64,000 nucleotides of DNA from Atractiella rhizophila. Lineage: Eukaryota. Shown here piece by piece: positions 37,333 to 50,928 of this stretch. Position 1 is the first letter of the stretch, and the number at the start of each line of letters is the position of its first letter. The position numbers were made by a program, and so were the translations under genes. Location of the stretch: the NCBI GenBank assembly GCA_021432655.1, contig MU271269.1:1-64000 (forward strand), in the 5' to 3' direction. Under the pieces are notes generated by a model. The model had not been told where the DNA came from and did not search any database. It worked only from the letters and a program-made list of their open reading frames with translations.

Positions 37333-39876
37333 ATGTCCTCAAACTCAAACGCCCGAAGCGCATCCCCATCCCCTTCGCCGTCCAACGTGCCCTCAACCGC
37401 ACCATTGGTCTCTTCTCCCGAACCAGGCTCTTCAGTTTTAGTCTCTCCTGCTTCAGCACCGCAACAAATCCGCTCCGACACTCTTCCCCCATCAGCACCT
37501 TCGCGCTTTCGTTCTTCATCCACCCTGAATCCTGCCACCGCTCGCGGACGCAGCACACGCTCTTCTTCCATCCTGACCAACCCGAACGCACCCGTACCTG
37601 TCGTCTATCCTTCTTCGAGCAATAACCTGCCTCCGATTCAGAGGAAGTCGTCCATTCGAGTGAAGCGGTCGACGTCGGCTGCGCCACGGGTCGGGATCGC
37701 GGGGAATGCTTTTAAAAGTGGAACTGGGGGAAGTCCAGCAGGTGGAGCCTCTGCCGTCGGGACGCAGAAGAGCAAGGGGTCGTTTAGGACTGGGAACCTT
37801 GAAGTGATTGAAGACGAGTCGCCGAAGTTGGAACCGAATGCTCTGGCTTCGGCAGACAGGAGGAGGAGCGAAAGTGCGCCGCATCCGCCCATCAACACAC
37901 TTGCTCCTCCTACTTCTGGCGGTGAATTCACAGGGAGACGGAGGGGAGGTTCGATCGCTCAACGCTTGAGGGATGATTTCGACTATTCCTCTTCAGCTGT
38001 CCTTCCCTCTTCTTCCAGTAAGTCCCGACCAGCAATTCCGTTCGATAAGGAGGAACTACTTGGCAGGACGAGGAGCGGAAGTCGAGCTACTGAGGACGGA
38101 GTCGATCCTTTGGAAAGGGAGTCGAGTGTGAGGATCAGATTTAGGGAGAAGGACGCAGAGGAGAGGCTGAGGAGCGGAAGCATAGGAGTGAGGAGCAGTA
38201 GACTTGGGTCTATTTCTGGAAGGAGGAGAGCTATCTCTGCACCGCTTGGACCAGAGCAAAGGGGTGGAGGTAGTAAGATCAAACAGGGGTTGTTTCCGAA
38301 CCTCGATCATATGGAAATCGAGGATGAGAATGATGAACATCACCTTGGTATGCCCACTTTCTGCCAACGTTTCGTTCAATGACACCGAACTTTGATACCT
38401 GATAGATCACGAAGTCGATCTCCTCGAAGTTGTTGACCCAACTGTCGGTGCAGTCGCACATATGACAAATATCCAAAACTCCATCTTCGCGCCTCCCATC
38501 CCCTTCCTCCGTCGTCCACCAGTCGTGGAGCTTGACCTCCCATCCCCCACCGCTTCCGAAGAGGACTTACGGTTAGAAGAGGGAAGGACGGGCCTAACAG
38601 AAGAAGACGAAGAGATCGACTTGTTGGATCGGCACGTGGAGAAGGAGATGACGAGGAAGGATCAGGTCAGGAAGATCCTCAAAGGCGTATGGGCCTTTAT
38701 GAAGACTCCTCTCGGCATCTTCTTCACCATTTATGGGATCTTAGTCGTCTTCTGGGGTGCTGGTCTTGTCCTCATACTTATCGGAGCGTTCGATCTCGGC
38801 GCGTACCAGAAAAAGCTTTGGTTTGCCTTTTAAATTCCGACCGTGGTATTTCGCTGACTTGAAGCTGAAGGGTTGAGATTGCTTCCCAAATCTTGAATGG
38901 ATTGTTTACCATTACAGGTGTTGGGTTGATACCCTGGCGACTAATAGATACCTATCGTTCGTCCTCATCCTTATGTACTCCGTTAGAGAGCTGGTCAACA
39001 GAGAGGTAGATATTTGGATCATCTCCAGATACGCTCGCAAAACCCGCCATCGACGAAAGCGGAAGCACCTCCCCAAACTTCATGACATCAACGACATACC
39101 AATGGCCGCAGGCTACACAGATTGCGACAATCCTCAAGAAGGCACCAAACACAACCAGGACAAAGCAGGCACCGATCATAGTGAGGAGGAGGAGAAGAAC
39201 GTTAAGCATGATCCAGCGGAAGAACTCGAACGCGCCAGAGAAGAGTTGCGTCAGAAAGAAGCGGCTGTTGGACCGGAAGGGGAGGCCGAAGCAGCGGGAC
39301 ATCCATTTGAGCACGAAGATACCGTGCTGAGCGAAGAGGAGGAAATTAAACTTCGGCATGCTCAGGGCAGTAAAGCTCCGGGTTAGATGTGATGCACCGC
39401 TGACGAAATGAGGGTAGGTAAAATTCATGAAGTCACAGACTTGGTATATCCCTCACGAGTCGGCAACCCATTTCGCATTTCCTATCTCTTGGGCTTTAGC
39501 AATTTGCCTTCTCAACGATGGCAACTCGTTCTTTCAGTGTCTCCTTTGCGTTGCAATGTGGGGTTGGAAGTGAGGCTATCCTTACCAATCTCTTCCTTCC
39601 ATGTCTGACCACTTCCTTAGTCGATACACCCGCCCACCATGGACAACTGGATGCTTGATACCTCTATCGTTTCTCTGCGGCATCATTGCAGGAGTGTTGA
39701 TTTGGAAAGGAGGAGAGAGGACGAAGAAGACGAAGGAAGTGAAGGCTGCCGTGACGGAGATTTTGGAAAAGGATCGGGCGGAAAGAAAGAAAAGGCTTGG
39801 ATTTAAGATTCCCAAACCTCATCTACCTTCGCATCTCCCTTTCTCCCATCACGAAGCTAAAACGGATGCACCGTAA
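37333..39876 (+). CDS. Integral membrane protein, DUF2985-like
   Basis: WAFMKTPLG...IYGILVVFWGA, WVEIASQILNGLFTITGVGLIPWR, LPKLHDINDIP, SQTWYIPHESATHFAFP, NDGNSFFQ, RPPWTTGCLIPLSFLCGI. Confidence 0.8.
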
Positions 39877-40223
39877 TGGACTTGTGTTGGAGTATTCGTG
39901 TTATTGTTATTTTTTGACTCCACCAGAAATATGAGTAACTCTACCCAGTCATGGACATGCCTCAAGTATCCCGGATACTCTTTTCCGTGCGCAGCGATCT
40001 AACCGTTCGACCAAGTTGCTAGCACCAGAAAACCCAAATATGTATTGGTTTCTTCATGAAATGCGCCACGTTAGTTGCGGCTCTTCAACTTGAAAGGGTC
40101 CCAATTCTAAAATTTAACTCCACTGTTCCCGGTTACCTTCGCGAAATTGTGCCTTCGCAGGCTGCGTTTCCTCTTTCAACGCGAGTTCTGCTTGCCCTTC
40201 TGTCAGTGAAACGTAAGAGTTGT

Positions 40224-42720
40224 ATGGACTTACAACGGCGCCTCGCCTGCAGACGATGTCGGAAACGGCACCTGCGTTGCCAGCAATCCTCGAGAAATCT
40301 GAAGTGCGAAGCTTGTGTTGCGGCGGGCGTGCAGTGGGATATCTCCCTGTTCTCATTTATCATCTAACAGTAGATTGGAGCAGCTGCGAACCAGATTCTC
40401 ACCGCTCTGACCTCCCCAATCAAGGGTCTAAACTCTGTGTTTGTTTACTATTCATAACTAACTTGAGGAAATAGCGTAAATCTTTCTAGACTCAAAGCCG
40501 AATACTCAAGCTCTTCCGATCTCCTTAGAGATATTCGGTTTCAACGAAAGGTCCCCAAAGCCTTTCTCGCTCCTATCAAGAAACGTGCCGCACTCTCAGG
40601 GGATGTTTTCACCATTCTACAAAATGCCCTTTCCATATCCTTCAACGCAGGACCTTCCTCCCTAGACACTCGTTTAGGCACCTCTGTCAGAGTCCATGCT
40701 CTGGGAGATCATCTCCTAGGACTACCTAACCGAGATATCAGTTGGCGCCGACCACTCGAACAACTCCTGGCTAGTGTTCCTCCGAACTGGCATCTTTATG
40801 AAGTCATCAAGAACGACCCCCAAGTTGATAGCACACGCCTAGGACGTCTTGGTCCTTTATATTCTCGCCCTCGGAGCAGAAATGTCCAATCATTCAGAGA
40901 TTTTGGGAAGTTCCGCCAGGAGAACCATTCCCGTTGAACTTCAGGATGAAGAAGATGATTATCGTGAGCAAGGAAAGGCTAGGAAAGCCGCCGCCAATTA
41001 TTTACATGAGCATTGCCTTGCCTTAGCACTTGCACCTTCGTCCCCTTTGCGCCAGCCGAATGAAACGAATCTAGCACTTTTGCTCGAGCTGTTAGGTTTC
41101 TTTAAGAACTCTTCTGGTGTCACACGAGAGGCTTTCGATTTAGTTGTGGAACACTTTAACAACTTGTGGACAGCTGCAGAGCAGAAGGAAAAGGACAGGC
41201 TGAGGTGTTTTTACCTCGAGCACATAATTATGGTGTGTATTCTGTTAATCTCAACTAGTCTTTGACAATCGATGAAGGCAGATAACCTAATCAACTCCAT
41301 TAGAGGAACCCTTCCAAGTTTGTACGTTGCACTCGTTGCCTCTCAGATCGACTCAAACTCCTGACAATAGAACTAACGAACACTACCGAAAATATTACCC
41401 GGAATGTAATTCCAAGATGGATTACAGACTTTTCATCAACGGATTCTGGTTTTATGAAGTTCATCTCGGATGTAATGAAAATGACGAGGAATTCTGGGAT
41501 GTGTCCTGGGCCGCTCAAGAGGCGACAACGCGCACGTTCTGTTACGCCAGTGAGCCATTGCTCTTTTCCTTCACCTTAACTCAACTTGTAACTGAATACA
41601 CCTTAAGGACATAGCCTACCTGATCTTGATCGTGAAGGGGCTGAGGAGGTTTGCCAACGGCTCTACCAACTCGTCACAATGTTTCACAGATGGAGAGCGT
41701 CCCAGTTCCACTTCAATTTCACGCATGATCCAAAAGTCAGGATGTTTTCAGTCTTTGTCACTTCTATGAATGCGGTTCAACCCGTCTGGCCGAGCCACGA
41801 GAAATCACCTCGTTTGTAATCGTTCGGATGACGCGCCACGCTTTCCTCCTGCACAGAACTGTGAGGGAAGCACTGCAAAGATTTCCGTTGTCTGAGAAAC
41901 TGGAACACATATTGGAATTGACTGAAGAGTTGCGCCGCATTCAAATTGCAGCAGCCATCGACTATTTATCATTGACCTTCCTTAATAAACGTTTAGGGAA
42001 AAGTTCGAACCTGCGTTACCCCTGGTGGGGTAATGTCATCCTGAGACAAGTCTGCATGTTTACTTGAGTTCATCGCCCGCCCTGACGAATGGACAGTTTG
42101 ACGCCCTCGAAGAAGGATTTCGCGCAGTAGCGCAATTCGCCAAGGACGACCGTCATGTCGACTTTCGTGAAACCATAAACGTGTAAGCAGCATGTTTGCC
42201 CTGTAGTGTCTCTCACATGTGTGTGACACAGGGTAATAAAACAAATGAAGTAAAGTGCACAACTGTTGTGAAACTATTGGGGCTAACAAGAAGTAGGTCG
42301 ATGAGCTGGCGGTCAGCCGAGATCGCACATCAAATCGATCAGTTTGAGCATGAAATTGGCTCCAACATTTGGGGTTCACCAGAGGTGAGAACACCCCTAT
42401 GTAAGACTATGAGTGAACTTTGTTTCTAGACGATAACATCAAGTTCTGGTGCAAGCCGAAGCGATGATGGGATGAGTTCAATTGGAGACGGAACGACTGT
42501 CTTCGAGATCCCGCCTTCTCCGGGACTTGAGGAATTTTCGAAAACCATCTCGTTCAGCCTTCAACCTATTCCATTCCCTAGCCCTTGAAATTATGAAGGG
42601 ATTGTAAATCTTCTAATGAGCGAAAATGAGTACTCCGATGAGAAACGGTTCACATATGAGCATTTGGGCATTGGGGAGGCTTTTGTGGGTTTTGAACATG
42701 GTTCATCGGACAACAGATAG
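40224..42720 (+). CDS. Zn(II)2Cys6 fungal transcription factor, multi-exon
   Basis: ACRRCRKRHLRC...KCEACVAAGV | CEP binuclear cluster at the N-terminus, followed by helical coding exons. Internal exon boundaries only partly traced. Confidence 0.75.
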
Positions 42721-42822
42721 ACAAAGTAGAACAAGGTCACTGTATGCTTCTCCTTCCGCAACATTAGACTTCGACGTCCAACATGTGCCTCAAAATACAA
42801 TAATCCCACTCCCTCCACTCCA

Positions 42823-43116
42823 CTACTTGCTAGGCACGCAAGAGCAGTCCTTGAGGCAACTGGCGACAAAAGCAGCGTCACAAAAAGAAATTCCAGCGGA
42901 ACTGTTCTGGAGAGATTAATGGCAAATCCTCAGCACCATGTAAAATGCGTACACGTCGCACTTTTCTGTTGAGCCTCCAATTGCCACCACCTCACAATAC
43001 ACCCCACATTGCGTGCACTCCTCAGGCTTCAAAGTAACGCAGGACAATGTGCATTCTGCCGCTATTAGAGTCGAGAAAAGAGTCGTGAGAGTTAGCATTA
43101 TCATAGAGGAATGCAT
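42823..43116 (-). CDS. Small secreted cysteine-rich protein (81 aa, 10 Cys), copy 1
   Basis: Exon 1 43116-42955 MHSSMIMLTLTTLFSTLIAA-ECTLSC...EKCD; 48-nt intron 42954-42907; exon 2 42906-42823 NSSAGISFCDAAFVASCLKDCSCVPSK*. Confidence 0.7.
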
Positions 43117-44484
43117 AGTAACTCTGCAGAGAAGGAGTGCACAGATGTCGGGCTTGCTTCAGCGTCGAGGCCTCTCTTATAGAACTTGCAGATTTGTCAC
43201 TCCGCAACGAAGGGACCCACAGCTGTCGAAAGCATGTTTGAGAGCATGCAGCTCCTCAAGGACCAATCAACCCTTAGGTCGATCACTGAACTGGAAGCAC
43301 ACCTCCCGATTGAGATAGCCCCTCGCCAAGATCCATGAGAAAGATGAAAGCAATATTGACAACAACATGTATACTTGAGCGGGAAAGTAAGTTCTCCTCT
43401 ACTGCCCGCGAGGCAGAGATCGATCGTATTTTATTATGCCGCTGCTTGTCAGCCCAACTTGATCTGACAGCCATCAACTTGATTTACACTGCACTCTCCA
43501 TGCGACCACTGTCTTATTAGAAGAGTAGACGAACCTGCGATCCCCCACGACTCTTTCCAATTTTCTCCGCCTTCTAGGAAGGTGATGTCCCTCTCCGCGC
43601 CTCCACGGTATGTCTGCCTGAGACTATTTATCATTGACCTTCCTTAATAAACGTTTAGGGAAAAGTTCGAACCTGCGTTACCCCTGGTGGGGTAATGTCA
43701 TCCTGAGACAAGTCTGCATGTTTACTTGAGTTCATCGCCCGCCCTGACGAATGGACAGTTTGACGCCCTCGAAGAAGGATTTCGCGCAGTAGCGCAATTC
43801 GCCAAGGACGACCGTCATGTCGACTTTCGTGAAACCATAAACGTGTAAGCAGCATGTTTGCCCTGTAGTGTCTCTCACATGTGTGTGACACAGGGTAATA
43901 AAACAAATGAAGTAAAGTGCACAACTGTTGTGAAACTATTGGGGCTAACAAGAAGTAGGTCGATGAGCTGGCGGTCAGCCGAGATCGCACATCAAATCGA
44001 TCAGTTTGAGCATGAAATTGGCTCCAACATTTGGGGTTCACCAGAGGTGAGAACACCCCTATGTAAGACTATGAGTGAACTTTGTTTCTAGACGATAACA
44101 TCAAGTTCTGGTGCAAGCCGAAGCGATGATGGGATGAGTTCAATTGGAGACGGAACGACTGTCTTCGAGATCCCGCCTTCTCCGGGACTTGAGGAATTTT
44201 CGAAAACCATCTCGTTCAGCCTTCAACCTATTCCATTCCCTAGCCCTTGAAATTATGAAGGGATTGTAAATCTTCTAATGAGCGAAAATGAGTACTCCGA
44301 TGAGAAACGGTTCACATATGAGCATTTGGGCATTGGGGAGGCTTTTGTGGGTTTTGAACATGGTTCATCGGACAACAGATAGACAAAGTAGAACAAGGTC
44401 ACTGTATGCTTCTCCTTCCGCAACATTAGACTTCGACGTCCAACATGTGCCTCAAAATACAATAATCCCACTCCCTCCACTCCA

Positions 44485-44778
44485 CTACTTGCTAGGCACG
44501 CAAGAGCAGTCCTTGAGGCAACTGGCGACAAAAGCAGCGTCACAAAAAGAAATTCCAGCGGAACTGTTCTGGAGAGATTAATGGCAAATCCTCAGCACCA
44601 TGTAAAATGCGTACACGTCGCACTTTTCTGTTGAGCCTCCAATTGCCACCACCTCACAATACACCCCACATTGCGTGCACTCCTCAGGCTTCAAAGTAAC
44701 GCAGGACAATGTGCATTCTGCCGCTATTAGAGTCGAGAAAAGAGTCGTGAGAGTTAGCATTATCATAGAGGAATGCAT
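44485..44778 (-). CDS. Small secreted cysteine-rich protein, copy 2 (in the duplicated segment)
   Basis: Same sequence as 42823-43116, offset 1662. Confidence 0.65.
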
Positions 44779-45625
44779 AGTAACTCTGCAGAGAAGGAGT
44801 GCACAGATGTCGCGCTTGCTTCAGCGTCGAGGCCTCTCTTATAGAACTTGCAGATTTGTCACTCCGCAACGAAGGGACCCACACCTGTCGAAAGCATGTT
44901 TGAGAGCATGCAGCTCCTCAAGGACCAATCAACCCTTAGGTCGATCACTGAAATGGAAGCACACCTCACGATTGAGATAGCCCCTCGCCAAGATCCATGA
45001 GAAAGATGAAAGCAATATTGACAACAACATATATACTTGAGCGGGAAAGTAAGTTCTCCTCTACTGCCCGCGAGGCAGAGATCGATCGTATTATATTATG
45101 CCGCTGCTTGCCAGCCCAACTTGATCTGACAGCCATCAACTTGATTTACACTGCACTCTCCATGCGACCACTGTCTTATTTGAAGAGTAGACGAACCTGC
45201 GATCCACCACGACTCTTTCCAATTTTCTCCGCCTTCTAGGAAGGTGATGTCCCTCTCCGCGCCTCCACGGTATGTCTGCCTGGCGCACCTTCGTCTCTGG
45301 AATTATTTCCCCTCGCCACCTTGAAAAGTAAAGACTGAACAAGAACTGGCGGTTTGGCTCCTTCAAGCCTGCTCATGTTTCAAGCTCAAGTTTACGGCTT
45401 TGACGTCAAAGTCAACAAACGGTAACAAACGTCACGAACAGCGACGCGTAACAAACTTTAGGACGGTAGCTAGGAAGGCTAAGGTCAGAGCCACGGCTTG
45501 CGGGATAGGAAATCGTACACACTCGAGTCATCAGCCTTATCAGGCATGGTTTCTGGAGAAAATGAAATTCGGCTTGCCTTATCAAGCTCTGCCTTTTGCT
45601 GTGTGGAGCCACTCCAGAAGATTTC

Positions 45626-47371
45626 ATGGAGCTGTGGTGCCGCAACATGATTTCCAGCTCTGCCATTCTTTTGATCGCCTTCGCCAGCTTCGGGCAAAGC
45701 GTCTCTGTCCAGCGACCATTCCCTCCTCCAAAACCAGTTACGGTATGTGAGGCCGGTTCACGATACGGTTATGAAGAGTACCTATCAGCTACCAAGACTG
45801 CGAGGGAAGAAAAGGAGTTGTGGTTTCGATCTGACAAACTTCCTCCCTCCCCTTCCTTGCATCAAGGACTTTACGAACAGGATGTGTATTTCGGGATCCG
45901 AACTTTTGCTCGCACTTATGTTTGCTGTCAAACCCGCCCGCTGCCTGGAGACTCATGGGATTCTAATAGCCTGAAAAATGCCTCGTCGATTCATCGATCA
46001 CGTTCGATGTAGCTTTTCGTGAGATTCCCTCGTTGTTCGAGATGACTGAACTGATATTCTAAATCACGATGCAGTTGGTGCACCATTCGATACTACAACT
46101 AGTTATCGTCCTGGAGCACGATTTGGGCCTGGTGGAATCAGGCAAGGTAGTCAGCGGATTGGTGGATTCAACCGACTATTACAAGTCAATCCATTTATCG
46201 AACTCAAAATTGTAGACTGTGGAGATGTTCGGTTCGTTTTCATCATTCAGTATCTAAAACATACACACCTTTCAACCACAGGATGTCCTTGTTCGATAAC
46301 ACACAAGCCCTACAGTCTTTGGAAGAGGCATACACTGAAATCGTCATGGGACGTGAGGTATTCAATCAGACAGGAGATAGTATCGCTCTAGATGGGAAAC
46401 ACCATCCTAGAATCATCGCTCTGGGAGGCGATCACACAATCACTTTGCCCATTCTGCGTTCTCTCCACCAGGCGTACGGGAAAATCTCTGTTATTCACTT
46501 TGATTCGCACCTTGGTGCGCCTTTTCGTTCTTTCGCTTTCCTAACAAACTCATCACCTGGAACCACAGATACGGCGCATCCCATTGGACTACCTATCACC
46601 CATGGTTCATACTTCTGGTTCGCATATCAGGAAGGACTTCTTACGAATACCAGCATTCATGCTGGCATTCGCTCACCAGTACGTTTTCACTTTTACACTC
46701 CCACCATCCCTCATTTGGAGGGAAGGCTAAGGGAGGTGATGATGTTTGTCTCATTTTCTTCTCCTTCTCCCGTTTGTATACAGATGGGGCCCCAGAAAGA
46801 CGACACGGACCACAGTGTCGGCTTTATTTCAATTATTGCAGATGAAATTGAAGATATAGGGACCTCAGGGGTGATCGAACGAATTATAGAACGCGTAAGC
46901 ATTGCCTTTGTTTACAAAGTCTTGTATTTGAAACTTGATGCTAGGTCGGAGATGGACCAGTTTATCTTTCCCTCGACATCGACGTACTTGATGTTTGTGC
47001 CCCTTTTCTCATCTGCCGAGCAATTCATTAACGAGGCTACAGCCTGCCTTTGCACCAGCGACAGGAAGTACGTTCTCCTGCAGTACTCCTCAGTATGCCA
47101 ATGACAGGGATAACAGCACCGGAAATTGGAGGATGGACAACACGGGAAATCAAGCGCATCCTTCACGGCTTGAAAGACCTCAACATTGTTGGGGCAGATG
47201 TTGTGGAGGTTGCACCTGCTTACGACGATCAAGGTGCGTCTTGCGACTTGTTGCCTAACATAGTATCGTGTCATGTTAAACCGGAGGACAGCTGAAATTA
47301 CTCAGATCGCTGCCGCCAACATTGCCTATGAGATGTTGTCGATGTTTGCACTTAAAAGATTGGTTAAGTAA
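45626..47371 (+). CDS. Agmatinase/ureohydrolase (arginase family) with hydrophobic N-terminus
   Basis: [76 protein letters not shown]. Confidence 0.93.
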
Positions 47372-47711
47372 TCTTGATGAGGAATGACACAAGGACAGGG
47401 AAATTTCAAGTTGTCATTGCCATTGAAACTTGTTCATGTAGCTTTGCTAGCAGTGTTACCATCAGCAGTTTTAAGTCACCTGATAGCAATCCCAAACCCG
47501 AGTTTGATTAACTTGATTCCTGGCAAATCGTTCTTGTGGATATATAACCGGAGCTCGGCCAAACCACCGAAGCTATCATGATGCTTTGTGAGTAGGATCG
47601 AAGAGGAATCTCGCATAAGCAACCAGAAGCATATTCCTCCATATCTGATTGTGAGCCCAATTCGGTCACAACGTCTCCAGCTTGGTACCTTCATTCGAAC
47701 GAATTACCAAC

Positions 47712-49488
47712 ATGCCCATATTGCTTGCTTTCATATCTTTGAAAAGTCTAGACTCGGAGACGGGCGAGAATGGGGTTGATATGGATTTAACTCGTAGAGT
47801 TAAGCAAGTTTGGAAGGCGGAGAACTGCTCATTAGAGGTGGAATGTCTGGTTTGCGACGAAGATGACAAATTTACCAGCCCCATCGATCGCGACGAGTCC
47901 ATCTTCCCAGTTACTTTTGCATGGGAATCTGCCCAGCAGCACGCCAAGGTATCTCTTGCCATTCATCGAGAATCACGACGAATGGTCGCAATACAGCATC
48001 TCAACCCCATTCGATCCGCTTCGACTCGTACATCCTGTCCTTTCACCATACGAGTACTCGTGCAGGAGAAGTGGCTACACGATCCCTTTCGGGACCTGCC
48101 TCAAGAATTAATCAGTCATGTTTTTGCACTAATGGTACACACCAACGATACAGATCTAGTGTTGCGTGGTAGCAGTGCGATAATCAGTCACCTCCAACAC
48201 CTACGCTTGGTCAACACCATCTTTGCGCGTATCGGACTGTCTACAATTGCTCAAGTTCTGGGGACCGTCAAACACAATCGTCTTTCAGTTCTAGGTGCTG
48301 TAAAGGCAGGGACGACCCGTATCGATCCTTTGAAATTCTTCGACATCTACCCTCGCGTTTCAGCTACATTTCTTCGACAGCTGGTCGTGAAGGACCCATT
48401 GGCTTTTAGCTCATCTGCAGCTTGGAGGATTCTCTCCAGAATCTTCCACCTCTGCGAGAAACTCGAATGGGTGTGTCTTCTGATAAAACCTCCGCGGAAG
48501 CGAAGAAATCGCGAGCGAGTTCTCCGCCATCTTGTGTCGCATCCCAGCCTCAAAGAGTTGCAGCTGTCATCTCTACGAGCTCATGGCGAGGAAAGATGGG
48601 AAGCGACCGATCTAGCGTTCTTACTAAAAAGTGTTATTCCATTTTCGGAAATCAAGTTGGAAGGATGGGACTTGCAGCAGCGCGACACCGATTTTAGCCA
48701 GTCCGTTAACCAAATCCATCTTACCGAGTTCATGATGCGCGCCTGCAAGGTTCACTTCGAGACACTTCAGGCTTTTCTTCCTTTCGTGATTCCCGGAAAA
48801 CAGAACGAAGATAACTTGCCAACGTTTCACTTCTGGTTTTCATCCTTTTGGCACGACCTTGTGAGAGTGGAAGAGCTGCTGCCTTACATCGCTCGATCTG
48901 CGAATACCATTCATACACTCTACTGTGACTTCCGTCCACATACGAAAGCTGAAGCGGAAGAGAACGAGCGTTCCATCGCCATACCGGCTTATTTTGATGA
49001 GTTCTTTCTCCCTTTTCATAGTGCGTCACTATCACAAGGAGCGTATTTATCATCTTTCACCAATAATGTGCACCACAGATATGCGAGTTCTAGTCATCGA
49101 CGGCGGCGCTTCCTCAAGCTTAGTTTCCCCCGATTTTTTATACCGCCTCGACTGCCCCTATTTGGAAGAAATTCAACTTCATTGGGTGTTTTTGAATCCA
49201 TCGTCTATCACATATTTCTTGGCTGGCCGCGATAAATACGCTTCCTCGAAAGGGGAGCCGTTTTGTTTTGCATATATCAGCTTCTACGCTGACATCAACT
49301 GGACGCCAGCACAGTTCACAGAACAGCTTCGCCTCGTCGATGACCCGGAAAGCGCTAAGACGGCTGCTCTATGTCAGTGGGAAGGAGCAAAAGAAGGGGT
49401 TCTTCTGTATCAAGGCAAAAATTTTGAATTCTGCTGGACCGACGCCCCTCCAGAAGCAGAGCACCCCCAACTGAGATGGTGGGGTTGA
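47712..49488 (+). CDS. F-box-like/LRR-like hypothetical protein
   Basis: DPFRDLPQELISHVF F-box-like motif followed by LxxL-rich segments (LKELQL, LEEIQL). An intron at ~49021-49078 joins the 517-aa and 187-aa frames. Confidence 0.6.
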
Positions 49489-49920
49489 TTGGTACATTGT
49501 TGCGACCTCTTCCGGGTGTCGCGTTCATTACATTGTCCAACAAACTGTCCAAATTAGCGTGCAAATCCATAGCTTTTGTTCTGAGCGCTCGCAGCTTTCC
49601 TAGTCAAAGTCAAAGTTCGAGGTACAGTCATAGCGCACACATATCAGAATGAATTTCATTTCTCATTAAAAATCCTCACATACTGCAGCTGGGAAACATG
49701 CATGCAGGCAATTTACATAGCATAAAAATTGGATATGTTGGAAACAAAACATTGTCGAATGGAACAAACATGATCGAATTGATAAAATGTCAGAATAACA
49801 CAATAACATCTGATTCTTTGGATCATTCCTCCACAAAACAGAAAGAGAATTTCAAGAAAGGTGGATCATTAAAGCAACTACAACAAGGCATGCATTCGTC
49901 TCCCATTTCAGGTTATGCCG

Positions 49921-50537
49921 TCACCAAATGTTCGTCGCTCTCCTCACCAATCTTCCTCCGCCTGCGCCAAGATTCTGTGCTGCTCCGATCATCGGTCTAG
50001 CGCCGTGAGCAAGGGGGTGCCGAACCGCTCTCACGACGCCTCGACTTGCCTTCCTGAACGGTTGAAGCATGAGGAAGGGCAGAGTTCTCTGCTTATCGAT
50101 CTCGACGGCCCAGATGAAAGGGTAGTTGCCAGCGGAACTTCTCCCTTCGCAGACGTAACGGATGGGAGTGTTGGCAACATTGGGTATTCCGACCGAGAAT
50201 GTAATATGATCGAGGCGAGCGTTAGAGGTCGAAGACTCCACAACTTTCGGAGCGCTCCCAGTTGTGGGGCTGTCGATGTAAGCAATGATCGAGAGTGTGT
50301 GAATCGTTGGAATCCGAGTCGTTCGAGGGTGGCGGTAGAGTTGAACTCGATATGTTCCAGGCTGGAGCCGAGTGGACAGGTCCAACGCAAACTGAATCAC
50401 CATCAGCATGTCTAATCTCAACCTCAGAGAAAAGGAAAATAAAGACAAACTTTGTACGCAGGAGGGTTCGTAGAAGCTGAGAGCTGGTGCCCTGTGCTAC
50501 CTTCTCCTTGTATCAATCTCCTTCCAAGAGGGGGCAT
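49921..50537 (-). CDS. Hypothetical protein (beta-rich core, basic C-terminus)
   Basis: Exon MPPLGRRLIQ...PAYK, a gtttgt...ttcag intron, then FALDLSTRL...RATNIW*. Confidence 0.5.
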
Positions 50538-50928
50538 TTCTGCTTCCGTATAGATCATTAGCAGGGTTAATGCATAAATTATGAACGGACGTACCGATTA
50601 CACTGTTCTTGAGATCGTAAAGACGTTAGATTTTCGTTGAGATTGCGACAGTTGATATTTGCCACACAGAGCCACCGAAAGTGTCCAAAGCGAAGAGAGC
50701 GTCACAGTTTTATCAGGGGCTGAATTTTGATTGATGCAAGTCAGGAGAAGCACACGAACGTACACCGGGTTCCTTCATCATCGGCGTTAAGCTTGAATAC
50801 TGAAACCTTATTTAGCGTTGTTGCTCATGTTTCGAAGTTCCCGCCACCAAGAGCAGACAAAGTCAATATTGCTGCATCTATTGCTCAGCGCTCAGGATTT
50901 AACATAGATTATAACGTAATTTGCTCTC

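Larger units (their letters stand above)
41960..45282 (+). repeat. Tandem segmental duplication, unit 1662 bp (41960-43620 and 43622-45282)
   Basis: Identical ORF sets offset by 1662. The first ~1.2 kb appears identical; scattered SNPs occur in the last ~450 bp. Confidence 0.97.
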
